Shown here: one piece after another, positions 1 to 10,281 of the stretch
Numbering within the stretch: position 1 is the first letter of the stretch
Layout: each line of letters opens with the position of its first letter
NCBI GenBank assembly: GCA_001563335.1
Contig: LRSL01000069.1
Coordinates: 64,001-128,000 of the forward strand
Length of the DNA: 64,000 nt
From: Candidatus Thorarchaeota archaeon SMTZ1-45
GTDB lineage: Archaea > Asgardarchaeota > Thorarchaeia > Thorarchaeales > Thorarchaeaceae
Direction: 5' to 3'
Made by a program: the position numbers and the translations under genes
The notes under the pieces: generated by a model
What the model saw: the letters and a program-made list of their open reading frames with translations, nothing else
Told to the model about the DNA's origin: nothing
Database searches by the model: none

Positions 1-750
1 TACAGCAGGACGAGGTTCAAGGGAGAGAAATTCTACTCTTTTCCGAACAGGGGATATAATTACTTTGAAGTCTCCACCACGCTTTGTTTCAACAAGGCTA
101 TGGATAGCTGGCAGAGGTGCGTATGTGACTAACCTTGCACTTGCATAGCCAAAATCAGATGCACGAATATCAAGATCATACTCGATTTCAGCGGCCTTCA
201 ACTGCGACTCAATGAAACGGGTCATCTGTTGTATCTGTGAGTGGACTCTGCGGCGATATCTGTTGGCACTCTGTCCTCCACGTCCGGGTTTTCGTCCTCG
301 AGTCACCTTGATTTCTGTCTGTTCGCCAAAACATTCTAGTGAGTGACCAACACCTTTAGAGGCTAGTTGCGCTGCAATGCGTGCAGATTCAAGAGGACTA
401 AGCTTACCTCGAGATATAAGACCATGGCGTTTTGCTAATATTTTGAGAGGTGTTTGGTGAGGTGGAACTCCAGTCACTTGGACTATTTTAGTATCTGTAG
501 GGATTCTATCGACAAGATGAAAGAGTGATTTTGTGTCTGGAACTATCTCAAAGATGTTGTCAGTACAAAGCCATTTAGGAACAACTTCACGAACCAGTTT
601 TAGTAACGCGCCTCTGGATATTTCGGGATATTCATTTAAGACAACCTCGTTTCTAGTGATCACACAAGCAAATTTTGGAGCTTTTTTAGATGATGCACTA
701 TGTGAGGGTAGAATGTCAAAGCCAATAATGAATACTCCATCTTCGCCCAT
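1..750 (-). CDS. DUF460-family protein (N-terminal part; runs off the window start)
   Basis: Not in the ORF track. Manual minus-strand translation from ATG 750: MGEDGVFIIGFDILP...LCTDNIFEI...VQVTG...TEIKVTRGRKPGRGGQSANRYRRRVH, typical archaeal DUF460 motifs; open to position 1. Confidence 0.8.
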   Translation of the reverse strand, partial: MGEDGVFIIGFDILPSHSASSKKAPKFACVITRNEVVLNEYPEISRGALLKLVREVVPKWLCTDNIFEIVPDTKSLFHLVDRIPTDTKIVQVTGVPPHQTPLKILAKRHGLISRGKLSPLESARIAAQLASKGVGHSLECFGEQTEIKVTRGRKPGRGGQSANRYRRRVHSQIQQMTRFIESQLKAAEIEYDLDIRASDFGYASARLVTYAPLPAIHSLVETKRGGDFKVIISPVRKRVEFLSLEPRPAV

Positions 751-895
751 TGGGCTCAGCACTCATTCTTATGAGATAGGGAGAGCTATTGAACCTATTT
801 GTTGGTTCAATATCATACAATTAACTATTCTAACCATCCTCAAACAACAACTATAATAAAGCCATGCTTGAGCAATCAGGCAATACTCATTCGAG

Positions 896-1186
896 GTGTA
901 TCAACTGTCCGAAACACTTGAAATCAATAACGACGACGCAATTTTGCGAATTGGACGCGCTCTTTCATCAGGAACTCGGTTAAAGATACTGAAGATCTTA
1001 CTTCAGGGAGAAAAAGACGTTACACGAGTGGCTAGACACCTCGGTGGAACCGAAGCCAATGCCAGCGCCCAGATTAAGATTCTAAAGGATGCTGAATTAC
1101 TGGATTGTAGATACGAACCAGGTCAGCATGGTCTCAAGAAAATCTCATGGACCAAAATCAAACGCATCATCATAGACCTAGAGTAA
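896..1186 (+). CDS. ArsR-family HTH transcriptional regulator
   Basis: ALSSGTRLKILKIL...VARHLGGTEANASAQIKILKDAELL wHTH pattern. Confidence 0.8.
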   Translation: MYQLSETLEINNDDAILRIGRALSSGTRLKILKILLQGEKDVTRVARHLGGTEANASAQIKILKDAELLDCRYEPGQHGLKKISWTKIKRIIIDLE

Positions 1187-1237
1187 TTCTATTGGTCAAT
1201 TACAATAATTGACTGGTAAGTCTGTTGGAAAGCCAAA

Positions 1238-1801
1238 TCAAACAGCTAAGTGAGCTTTCCAACGACGTATTCTTTTCAGAATATTGTCACGTTCATCAGC
1301 ACGTATTGATCTCGAACCACGTGCTTTTAGGAAATTGAGAACTATATCCATGTCTCTAGCAACTTTCCCTTTTTGCACTTCGTCGTCATCATCAATCAGG
1401 TATTCTCTTGCAGCCTGTAGATATTCATAGATTATCTCTGCAGGAGCCTCTCCAGTGCGTAACTCGTGAGCAATTGGATCAAGAACCCTATTCACTTTTG
1501 CACTATTCCCAGTGTCTGAGTCTTCATCGATCGTCATATCAATTGGTGCATCATTTTCTATTGTGGAAATAGTGATTTCATTGTCTTTAGAGGAGGGGGA
1601 TGATTCCGATTCAACTGAATCTGAGCTGGGAATTTTAACTTCAGAGAAGAGAGGAAGAATTGATGGGGAAGTTTCTGATGCCGTATCGGAAACAAGGTTC
1701 AGACGACTACGTAGTTCATGTAGTTGGTCGAAAAGCTCCACAAGGCCTGATTGCATTGAATCGATAAGCTGTTTAATCTCGTATAGGTCTTCATCAGTCA
1801 A
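1238..1801 (-). CDS. hypothetical protein (N-terminal coiled coil, Ser/acidic linker, helical C-domain)
   Basis: 187-aa ORF co-oriented downstream of herA; heptad-like N-terminus. Confidence 0.7.
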   Translation of the reverse strand: MTDEDLYEIKQLIDSMQSGLVELFDQLHELRSRLNLVSDTASETSPSILPLFSEVKIPSSDSVESESSPSSKDNEITISTIENDAPIDMTIDEDSDTGNSAKVNRVLDPIAHELRTGEAPAEIIYEYLQAAREYLIDDDDEVQKGKVARDMDIVLNFLKARGSRSIRADERDNILKRIRRWKAHLAV

Positions 1802-1884
1802 CTATTGGAGCCCCCTAATTCAGTTCTTATCATATCCAATTGGAACATCATTCTTTCGTCTTATCAGGATTGCTAGGAGATACA

Positions 1885-3399
1885 TCATCTGTCAGATTTT
1901 CTCATTGCATCAGAAAGACTCTTGAGTACACCTGTTGGCTCAAATTTTCTTCCTCGTATCTTTACGAATGTAGGAACTGATACTGTTTCACCGACAAAGA
2001 GCGCTTCTCCGATTTCAAGGGTGGTGATTGCATCGAGTGATGGCCTGTCAATCCCCTCACTTGATTTCCCAATATGATCCAAATCGTAAGGGTTTGTACA
2101 TCTAAAGATAGCTTGATTGCTGCACTGGCTTAGAACTGTTGTGGAGAGTTTTACTGGTCTCTGTGATATCAGACAAAGTAGGGCATAGAATTTTCGTCCC
2201 TCGCGAGCAATTGTTTCAATGCGACTCTTTGGGAGAGCAAGCTCATGTCTGCTCTCGGGACAAAATTGGTGGGCTTCTTCAAGAACTAGTAAGAATGGAG
2301 GAATCATCTCGCGTCTTCTAAAATGCAGAAGTTCGTTCGTCAAGTGAGAAACAATGATTTGTTTCTTCTTGAGACTGATGAAATCGCTCAAATCAATCAA
2401 AGCAATTTTCCCAGGTCTTACAATAGTCTTGATATTTGGGACTGCTTCCTTCCCAAAGAGACCTGTTTCATCAAGATTAATCAACCAACTAGAGAGAGCT
2501 TCACGTGTGTTCTTGCTTATTTTTTCATCATTTTGTACATATTCGACAACATCAGCTAAGGTGTATCCTTCGTTTAATGTGTTCTTCAGTTCAGATATAG
2601 CTCGACGTAGGTCTCGAATTTGAATTGAACTCATATCTGAAACAAGTGCTCCTATTGCCTCTGCTGAGAGCATTTGAACAGGGATTTGAAAGTGTGATCC
2701 TCGAATGTGCTCTACTTCAAATTGACCTTTGGATAATCCGAGAGCTTCAGGAGTTATGTCTTTCAGATAAGAGTACTCTCCATGTACATCAATGACAACA
2801 ACAGAGAGGCGGCCTTTTTCCTTTGGTCGAGATAGTAACTCCTCTAAAAGGACAGATACAAAGTATGATTTTCCTGCACCACTCATAGCTAGAATTGCTA
2901 GATGTTTGGATAACAACCGATCAAGTGATGGGGCAAACTCAAGATTCTGGTATGATAATTGGCCAAGATGAAGACCCTTTTCTAAGTCAAGTTTCAGAAA
3001 AGAAGCAAGAATATTTTCATCGACTTTTCGAACAACAGCTCCCGGAGAAACTGCAAAATATGGTCGGATTGTGTGACCTTCGCTCCATAGTCCCAGAACA
3101 CGAGCCATGGCAACAGTGTATTGCCATCTGTCTGTAGGAAATATTGAACGTAATGGTTCGCCTCTTGATTGATATTCTCGTACTGCTTCTGCATGTTGAT
3201 AGTAACGGTTTGTACGTACAAGGTTTTGGACTCGCGCTATTACAGTCCCTACATCGGTAACAACTGATACGAATTCACCACGTCGTGCAATAATCTCCCG
3301 AGGACCACCCTCAAGTACAAATGAAAATTCTATAACATTAGGCCCTGAGTCAGTAGAAACAACAGTACCAAGTCTTGTATTTGCTGAGAATTCGGTCAT
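1885..3399 (-). CDS. herA: HerA-family helicase/ATPase (HAS barrel + DUF87)
   Basis: HAS-barrel N-terminus, Walker A AMSGAGKS, DVHGEY, Walker B LEEAHQF, IAREGRK, SQRP; next to NurA. Confidence 0.9.
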   Translation of the reverse strand: MTEFSANTRLGTVVSTDSGPNVIEFSFVLEGGPREIIARRGEFVSVVTDVGTVIARVQNLVRTNRYYQHAEAVREYQSRGEPLRSIFPTDRWQYTVAMARVLGLWSEGHTIRPYFAVSPGAVVRKVDENILASFLKLDLEKGLHLGQLSYQNLEFAPSLDRLLSKHLAILAMSGAGKSYFVSVLLEELLSRPKEKGRLSVVVIDVHGEYSYLKDITPEALGLSKGQFEVEHIRGSHFQIPVQMLSAEAIGALVSDMSSIQIRDLRRAISELKNTLNEGYTLADVVEYVQNDEKISKNTREALSSWLINLDETGLFGKEAVPNIKTIVRPGKIALIDLSDFISLKKKQIIVSHLTNELLHFRRREMIPPFLLVLEEAHQFCPESRHELALPKSRIETIAREGRKFYALLCLISQRPVKLSTTVLSQCSNQAIFRCTNPYDLDHIGKSSEGIDRPSLDAITTLEIGEALFVGETVSVPTFVKIRGRKFEPTGVLKSLSDAMRKSDR

Positions 3400-3402
3400 T
3401 AT

Positions 3403-4566
3403 TCAACCTCCAAACGGATTTCGTGAACGTCTTTTTTCAAGCGTCATATAAGTTAGTCCAGAAAGTGCCATCAGTCTGTCAATGATTAATCTTGTTTCAT
3501 TTGCAGTTATTTTTGCACGGGCATCAGCCTCAAGAATTGGTGTGGGAATGCCATATTCGGGATGTTGAGAAGAGAGTGGGAGTATTGCTGATAGTGCTTT
3601 ATCCAGTCTATCAGTAACTGTTTCATCATCCTCTGCTGAGAAAAATTCTACTCGTAATGGTAGATCATCCCTCGCTGTTTTTAGATAAGTAACCCAGATA
3701 GATGATGCCCAAGTAGAGGAATGATCACTAGTCGAATTTGGATTATGAAACAGTTCTGATGAATATCGGAATGCAAAAGATCGCTCTCCTTCCTCAAGAA
3801 AAGTGTCAAGTAAGTCACAATCACGAGATATCTTGAGTAACCATCTATAGTCAATACCTTGCATCATTTCAAAGATTGCAGGTTTGCGAACAATATGTGG
3901 AAGTATTTCACCCATTATTGTAGCTACTCGGGTTGATTTGCTATCTTTCACGATGCCCACTAATGTTGTTCCCTTTTTCCTAGCCTTGTTGTAGAGTTGT
4001 TTGTACAGAGATAAGATTTCTTGGAACTTTTCATAGACCATGGAGCCAGTTTGGGGACGGTCTCGAGGATGATAATATAAGGATCCATCAAGGAGAACTA
4101 AATCTGTATGGTATTCGTCAAGAACTGACAAGGCTACTCTTAGTTCAGCGGCAATACGTTCAAGTGAAGCAAGCTGGTCTAGCTCTACACTGGATAATGT
4201 GAGTAGTAACGGACTGACTTTTGGTTCAGGAAAAGCATCAGGATAGAAATCAACAGCCGGGCCTTCTTCCGCACCAAATTGGAATATTACTGCAATTCCT
4301 CTAGTCAAGACTAAATCCATAGATCTGAAATGTTTCCTGACTAGACCACCATCTATGCCTGCAATTCGGAGACCTGAGAGACTAGTAGGCTCTATCTTAG
4401 TATAGAGCTGTTTATCGATAATATTCGATGCAATTGCTGGGAATCTGCTCAAATCAATTTGGTTTCTAATAGTTCTAAGAACCTTTCCAAATCCTTCTTT
4501 TGTTACCTCGATTTGCTCAATTTCCTCAACTAATTTTGATAGTAACTTATCGAGGTTTCTTTCCAC
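3403..4566 (-). CDS. nurA: NurA nuclease
   Basis: AGIDGG, LLDGSL, GIVKDS, YGIPTPILEAD motifs. Confidence 0.9.
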   Translation of the reverse strand: MERNLDKLLSKLVEEIEQIEVTKEGFGKVLRTIRNQIDLSRFPAIASNIIDKQLYTKIEPTSLSGLRIAGIDGGLVRKHFRSMDLVLTRGIAVIFQFGAEEGPAVDFYPDAFPEPKVSPLLLTLSSVELDQLASLERIAAELRVALSVLDEYHTDLVLLDGSLYYHPRDRPQTGSMVYEKFQEILSLYKQLYNKARKKGTTLVGIVKDSKSTRVATIMGEILPHIVRKPAIFEMMQGIDYRWLLKISRDCDLLDTFLEEGERSFAFRYSSELFHNPNSTSDHSSTWASSIWVTYLKTARDDLPLRVEFFSAEDDETVTDRLDKALSAILPLSSQHPEYGIPTPILEADARAKITANETRLIIDRLMALSGLTYMTLEKRRSRNPFGG

Positions 4567-6236
4567 TATTTCTTCACTCTCGCCTTTTTGTATTCAAGTG
4601 CAGCCCTTATTAGACCCAAGTAGAGTGGATGAGGATTGTCAGGTCGGGACTTGAACTCTGGATGATATTGAACACCAATCCAAAATGGATGATTAGTGAG
4701 CTCAATCGCATTGATTATTTTTCCAGTCGAATCAAAAGCTGAAACCTTGAGTCCTTTTTCATGCATCTTGTTCAAGTAACGATCAATCAAATGATATCTA
4801 TGTCTGAATCTTTCGTGTGTCTTGTCAGTCCCGTAGATTCTATGCAATTTTGTATCTTCTGCAATATGAACATCATGTCCACCAAGACGCATAGTTCCAC
4901 CCTTGTCCTCTGTAAGCTTCTGATCATCCATTAAATCAACAACAGGATATAGACTATCAATGTCTACTTCTGTAGTATGGGCTCCTTTCCAACCCATGAC
5001 GTTTCTCGCAAAGGCGACAATTGAGAGTTGTGCACCATAACAGATGCCTAAGAGTGGTATTTTGGATTTCAAAGTCACTGTAGCGGCGCAGATCATTCCT
5101 TCAACACCACGTTCCCCAAAACCAGGTGTAAGAAGAACTCCATCCACATCAGATAAGTCGCTAGTGAGACACTCTTCAGTACTTCGCTCTTCTGTTTCAA
5201 TCCATTTTATTGTAACTTTTGTACTACAAACAGCTGCAGCATGTGCTAATGCTTGATTGATACTTTTGTAAGAGTCACCAAGTGTAGTATATTTACCAGG
5301 CATGGCAATTGTTATTGTATCTGATGCTTCATCAAAAGACCGTACCATTTTTGACCAAGAGTCCGTATCAGGTCTTCTTGGTTCCAAACCAAAGTGTTCA
5401 ACAAGAATATTTCCGAGACCTTCTTCCTCGAATGACAACGGAAGTTGATAAATCACAGGAATATCTGGATTCGAGATGACCCTTTCTTTAGGGATATTAC
5501 AGAATAAAGCAATCTTCTCCTTTGCGGCGGCGGGGAGTCTTTTCTCTGCCCTGCAGATAGTGATATCAGGTTGGAGACCTAGGCTTTGGAGTGTTCTAAC
5601 GCTGTGTTGTGTTGGTTTGGTCTTGAACTCTCCTACAGATTTTATATAGGGTACAAGGGTGACATGAACAACAGCAGTACGATTTCGACCTAGTTCGCGT
5701 ACAAGTTGTCTTACGGCCTCAAGGAATGGCATAGCCTCAATGTCACCAACAGTACCACCTATCTCTACTAAGAGAATATCTGGAATTGAATCCTTTTTCA
5801 CAACATCCCAGATTCTTTGTTTGATTCTGTCTGTTATGTGTGGTATGATTTGAACTGTCCTTCCAAGGAATCCACCTTTACGCTCTTCAAGAATGACTGA
5901 AAGGTAGATTTGTCCTGACGTGATATTCTGAGATGGATGTACATTCATTCCAGTGAATCGCTCGTATGTCCCAAAATCCAGATCAATCTCAGATATATTG
6001 AATTCAGAGTCATTAACTGGACGGAATGTCCAAGTCTGGTCTGTTACAAAGACTTCCCCATGTTCAATAGGGTTCAAAGTGCCAGGGTCAATATTCAGAT
6101 ACGGATCAATCTTGATTATTCTGATGTTGTATCCTCGAAATTGAAATAATTTTGCAATTGAAGCAGTAGTAACTCCTTTTCCAATACCAGAGAGAACTCC
6201 GCCCGTTATGAACACAAAATTCGGTTTTTCTTGCAT
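4566..6236 (-). CDS. pyrG: CTP synthase
   Basis: FITGGVLSGIGKG, KIDPYLNIDPGT, GICYG, RHRY, QYHPE; start moved to ATG 6236 (MQEKPNF). Confidence 0.97.
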   Translation of the reverse strand: MQEKPNFVFITGGVLSGIGKGVTTASIAKLFQFRGYNIRIIKIDPYLNIDPGTLNPIEHGEVFVTDQTWTFRPVNDSEFNISEIDLDFGTYERFTGMNVHPSQNITSGQIYLSVILEERKGGFLGRTVQIIPHITDRIKQRIWDVVKKDSIPDILLVEIGGTVGDIEAMPFLEAVRQLVRELGRNRTAVVHVTLVPYIKSVGEFKTKPTQHSVRTLQSLGLQPDITICRAEKRLPAAAKEKIALFCNIPKERVISNPDIPVIYQLPLSFEEEGLGNILVEHFGLEPRRPDTDSWSKMVRSFDEASDTITIAMPGKYTTLGDSYKSINQALAHAAAVCSTKVTIKWIETEERSTEECLTSDLSDVDGVLLTPGFGERGVEGMICAATVTLKSKIPLLGICYGAQLSIVAFARNVMGWKGAHTTEVDIDSLYPVVDLMDDQKLTEDKGGTMRLGGHDVHIAEDTKLHRIYGTDKTHERFRHRYHLIDRYLNKMHEKGLKVSAFDSTGKIINAIELTNHPFWIGVQYHPEFKSRPDNPHPLYLGLIRAALEYKKARVKK

Positions 6237-6364
6237 AGAATTCAACATCAGTAACCTCAAAAATAGTTTTGGGAAAATGGAAATTCTCCAAGTTTGGAGC
6301 TGCAATTGTATCCTATCTATAAACTATTTGGTCAATATTTTCTAAGACTTGGATTTCTTGTTTG

Positions 6365-6943
6365 TCATACAGGTTGAGCAAGGACACTTACACGCATAGC
6401 ACTTTGAAAGAGGTATTGAAAAGCTTCCATTATGTTGTGACCTTCTCTCGCCACACTCCTGAAGACAGGCACAGATGATGGAATCTTCAAATGCATTCTA
6501 AGATGTTCCTCATGGATTGCACTGGGAAGATCTTGTTTGTTAAGGCACACGATTAATGGAAGAGGGCGTTCTTCTTCTTCAATCATCGATATCAGCTCAT
6601 TCCAGCTTGTTAGATTCTCATTTAGAAGATGTTCTTGAGAGTCTGCGACAAAAATTACTCCATCAGCTCCGACTAGTACCACTTCTCGTGTGGACCTGTA
6701 AAAATCTTGACCTGTGGCAGACCAAATATGAGCATTTATTGTCCAACTATTACTTAGTGAGAAAGGAATAGTGCCAAAATCACAAAACATTGTCCTTCCA
6801 ACAGTATTTTCTATTGAAGTTAGCTTTTCTGCATAGTCTAGTGTTGAAAACAACCATCGAATAGAAGTTGTCTTTCCACTCATTGCAGGTCCAAAGAAGA
6901 CTATTTTGAGTCCCACGGTACGATTCCCATAGTCAATTATCAT
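6365..6943 (-). CDS. MglA-like small GTPase
   Basis: KIVFFGPAMSGKTT, GRTMFCDF (MglA RTLFFDF-like), ATGQ, NKQD, SVA. Confidence 0.88.
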   Translation of the reverse strand: MIIDYGNRTVGLKIVFFGPAMSGKTTSIRWLFSTLDYAEKLTSIENTVGRTMFCDFGTIPFSLSNSWTINAHIWSATGQDFYRSTREVVLVGADGVIFVADSQEHLLNENLTSWNELISMIEEEERPLPLIVCLNKQDLPSAIHEEHLRMHLKIPSSVPVFRSVAREGHNIMEAFQYLFQSAMRVSVLAQPV

Positions 6944-6957
6944 TTCTTAACCTCCAG

Positions 6958-7878
6958 TCATGTTCCCCACATGCTGTCTACCCATGCTCCAAGTCCAGAC
7001 AATGCTCCACTCTTTACACAATCAGAGAAATCTTCATGCCATTCGGCTCTGATAAATTGAATCAGATCGGGTAGTTCTCCTCCATCCCATCCAATAGCTT
7101 CGTACAGATTCCTCTCAGTCAGAGTTGTGGATGCGCCAAGTTCTCTTGCCAACCGTATTCGTGACAATAGAGTGACTGCTCTACGAGCTGCATGGACATA
7201 GTTGTTGATCTCTTCCTCGAAAACATCTTGTGTCAGTTTCTCAGACTCGTCATCCAGTTTGAGGACTGCTGTTAGGATGTGATTCGATACATTAAGACCA
7301 CGAAGTGATTTCGTAAGAAGACGTCTTATCCGCTCTAGTGATTGTTTCTTCCGAACCAAGATTTTGTTCACAATTTTCTTCTCAACTTCAAGGCTACTAT
7401 TCGTAGATCTAACAAGTGAGAAAGTTATGGATGAGGGCGAACTTACCCTTAAGATTCCGCAATTGCTCGAGTTTTTCAGAATATGAGAAGTTACATCTTG
7501 AAGTGTGTTCTCAGTCACTTGAATACCTAGTACTGTAAAACCTAATGGTACACCAAGAATCCAACCCGCAAAGTGTGAAATTCTATCCATAGCAAGTCGA
7601 AGATTGCCGGATAAACCGCATACAATGGTTCTGCTAACTTCATAGTTGTGTTTTTCTTCTTCCCATACTCCCAGAATCTCTGATTCCGATGTGAAATCAC
7701 GCCAAAATACTAGTTTATGTCGGTGGGAACATAAAGTGGTTAGACTCTCTGTGATGTCATCCACTAATTCGATATCCTCGCCTGCAACAATCACTGGCAT
7801 CCTTTCTAGTAATGTGTTCAACAAGAGCGGAAATTGGTCATCCATTAACTCGATTAATTTCATGATTGAATATGTCAT
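6958..7878 (-). CDS. hypothetical protein with probable DENN/folliculin-like core domain
   Basis: LLLNTLLERMPVIVAGEDIELVDDITESLTTL and WILGV resemble the cDENN LLLER-rIlf / PFLIGV motifs; 4-nt overlap with the upstream roadblock gene. Confidence 0.55.
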   Translation of the reverse strand: MTYSIMKLIELMDDQFPLLLNTLLERMPVIVAGEDIELVDDITESLTTLCSHRHKLVFWRDFTSESEILGVWEEEKHNYEVSRTIVCGLSGNLRLAMDRISHFAGWILGVPLGFTVLGIQVTENTLQDVTSHILKNSSNCGILRVSSPSSITFSLVRSTNSSLEVEKKIVNKILVRKKQSLERIRRLLTKSLRGLNVSNHILTAVLKLDDESEKLTQDVFEEEINNYVHAARRAVTLLSRIRLARELGASTTLTERNLYEAIGWDGGELPDLIQFIRAEWHEDFSDCVKSGALSGLGAWVDSMWGT

Positions 7879-8822
7879 GGATCTCTCCTCGTTAGCATTA
7901 AGCCACCGTTGGTACCCCCTGACAATAACAGTTCTTTCAAATCATCTGGAACTGCAGGTTTTACAGCAGATACTGCAGCCAAGACTCGTCTTATTTCTTC
8001 AATGTAATGTTTCAATAGAAGCCTCATAAGACCAAGCTTTTGATTATCCTTTTCCACCCATAAACTGAACACTCCATTTGGAACTGCATAGATAAAATGA
8101 CGTGTTTCCTCTGTTTCGCACAAGACAGTTTGAAGGGAGCTGTTTCGGAGCGTTCGTACAACTCGTTCTGATGCGTCATGAAGTGCAAAGGACATTGCGG
8201 CTAGTCGGTCGTTTGTGAATCCTTCTAATGAAACACGGACACCACCACTTAGCGACAAAAATACTGACCCGATATTTGGTATGCAGTCATGCACTTGACG
8301 AAGGAGAGCTCTAAGACTAAGTGCTTGAGAGCGGTCAAGTGAAATCATTGATCTTGAAACACCATAACTCGTATCACGACCTTCAGCCACAGAAAATCCT
8401 TGTAGTACTTTTTGAGTTTCATCAAGACTATAAGATCGAAGAGGAGGAAGTCGCCCATCTACATGTTGTCTAAGAAGAAATGATAGTCTGGAAAGATTGT
8501 CTTTCATCTCAATGAATAATGCGGCAAGATTCACTCTAGGTGCAGTTGTCACTGTCAAGAAATAGTCTGGATCATTTGGTAACGAGGCAAGGAATACCTT
8601 GGAAGTATCAGACTCCATTAATAGATACTTGAAATAGCCATGTATGAGTTTAGCTACCCCAAAAATTGCGCAGGTTGAGGATGCCACTGCAAAAACTTCA
8701 TCCTTACTGAACCATACTCCTGCGCTTGCTACAGGGAGTCCGTCTTTTTGAATCAAAACGACATTCTCAACGCCAGTGATGGTCTTAATGTTCTGTAAGG
8801 TTTCAGTTAGTTCATCGCTCAA
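7875..8822 (-). CDS. tandem Roadblock/LC7 (MglB-like) domain protein
   Basis: Two roadblock repeats (GVENVVLIQKDGLPVAS...; IGSVFLSLSGGVRVS...LAAMSFAL...LGLMRLLL). Confidence 0.82.
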   Translation of the reverse strand: MSDELTETLQNIKTITGVENVVLIQKDGLPVASAGVWFSKDEVFAVASSTCAIFGVAKLIHGYFKYLLMESDTSKVFLASLPNDPDYFLTVTTAPRVNLAALFIEMKDNLSRLSFLLRQHVDGRLPPLRSYSLDETQKVLQGFSVAEGRDTSYGVSRSMISLDRSQALSLRALLRQVHDCIPNIGSVFLSLSGGVRVSLEGFTNDRLAAMSFALHDASERVVRTLRNSSLQTVLCETEETRHFIYAVPNGVFSLWVEKDNQKLGLMRLLLKHYIEEIRRVLAAVSAVKPAVPDDLKELLLSGGTNGGLMLTRRDP

Positions 8823-8960
8823 GTCCTCAACTCCGGACGGAAGGTTGGGTTCAATTTAGAATCCATATCGCAACTATATAACCACCACACAGAATTGAGG
8901 GTTTCAGAAACTTAGCTTGCAAGTCTATGATGCGATCAGACCATTTGTTCGAAAATATCC

Positions 8961-10259
8961 TCACATATGTATCAGAGCAGTATCAGGAACTTCTTGGAAG
9001 ACCTCCCGTGCAGCTCTCCCAACTTTTATGCGATTCTTATCGAATGTGTACACTCGAATTACATCAAGATACGTTTTCATCATTTCTGCAATATTAGAGT
9101 ACTCTGAGAGTTTATGCGGAACTCTCTTTCCATCAAATACCTCAAAAATCCCTATCTCCATTGGATCAAGTTGGTGAGGATTATATGGTACTGATGGTAA
9201 AGTGGGAACATCAACTATCACTTCGTCACAATTGACTCCAGCAATAGATGCAATTTCTTCTTGAATGCTCTCACGAACTTTTGTTTTAGTGAGAATCTTA
9301 GAAACAAATCGGTCTTCTGTATGAATGACCTTTTCGAAAGCTGACTTGTAAAGAATACGAGAGTCGAGAAGATTAACCATTTTTGATGCTTCTTTGGCAT
9401 CCTCTGATTCTGAAGTATTTATACTTCGAACTCTTGAAATGAGTGACATATCATCTAGTTCTAGGAACTCTTCAGGGGAGGAAAAACTAGTAAGATCTAA
9501 CACTTTGTCTGCAGCGTCTATTAGTTTGACCAACATGACTTCGACACTTCTAACTGTTTTGTGATAATATACATTGAGAAACATCTCATATCTTGCTACA
9601 AGAAACGATTCTAATGCACCTCTTGCTGCAATATCAAATTGCATCTGATAGTTCTTTGAGATTTCAATGCTATTGATCAGACGGTGAATGTCAACTAGTC
9701 CATAGTTTACCCCACAGTAGAATGAGTCTCGAATCAGGTAATCCATCTTATCAGAGTCTATTTGCCCAGCAACAATTCCAGCTAAAATAGCATCCTTCTT
9801 GGTCTTCTGACGACCTCGAACTAAGTCAGCTATTCTTTTCTTCGAGATTCCATCAGATTCTAGCAAATCGCTCAGTTCACTCTTGAGGATTATCCACTCT
9901 GTCACATCCTCGTGATTCATTCCACGTTTCTCTATGAGTACTTCCTCAAAGACATGACTAAAAGGACCATGACCAATATCATGGAGTAAGCCTGCTATTC
10001 TAACTTCTTGGAGTGTCTGGTTTCCAAGACCCATTCGGCTTAGAAGTCTTCTACCACTGAGGCCTGCAAGATACATAACACCGATACAGTGACCAAAACG
10101 TGTATGTTCTGCTGTTGGATAAACAAAATGGCCACCAGAAAGCTGTTTGATTCTTCTTAGTCTTTGATAGGGTAATGAATTGATGATTTTAGCCTCAGTT
10201 TCAGTAATACCTATGAAACCATGGATTGGGTCATTAATCTCCATAGCAAATTTCAACAT
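8961..10259 (-). CDS. HD-domain phosphohydrolase (SAMHD1/dNTP triphosphohydrolase-like)
   Basis: DPIHG, QRLRRIKQL, HTRFGH, LLHDIGHGPFSH, DKMDYLIRD, VYYHK. Confidence 0.92.
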   Translation of the reverse strand: MLKFAMEINDPIHGFIGITETEAKIINSLPYQRLRRIKQLSGGHFVYPTAEHTRFGHCIGVMYLAGLSGRRLLSRMGLGNQTLQEVRIAGLLHDIGHGPFSHVFEEVLIEKRGMNHEDVTEWIILKSELSDLLESDGISKKRIADLVRGRQKTKKDAILAGIVAGQIDSDKMDYLIRDSFYCGVNYGLVDIHRLINSIEISKNYQMQFDIAARGALESFLVARYEMFLNVYYHKTVRSVEVMLVKLIDAADKVLDLTSFSSPEEFLELDDMSLISRVRSINTSESEDAKEASKMVNLLDSRILYKSAFEKVIHTEDRFVSKILTKTKVRESIQEEIASIAGVNCDEVIVDVPTLPSVPYNPHQLDPMEIGIFEVFDGKRVPHKLSEYSNIAEMMKTYLDVIRVYTFDKNRIKVGRAAREVFQEVPDTALIHM

Positions 10260-10281
10260 GTTTCACCTTCTTGAGTAAGTA

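Noticed and set aside
533-856. 107-aa plus-strand ORF
   Set aside because: Antisense shadow of the DUF460 gene (1-750, minus)
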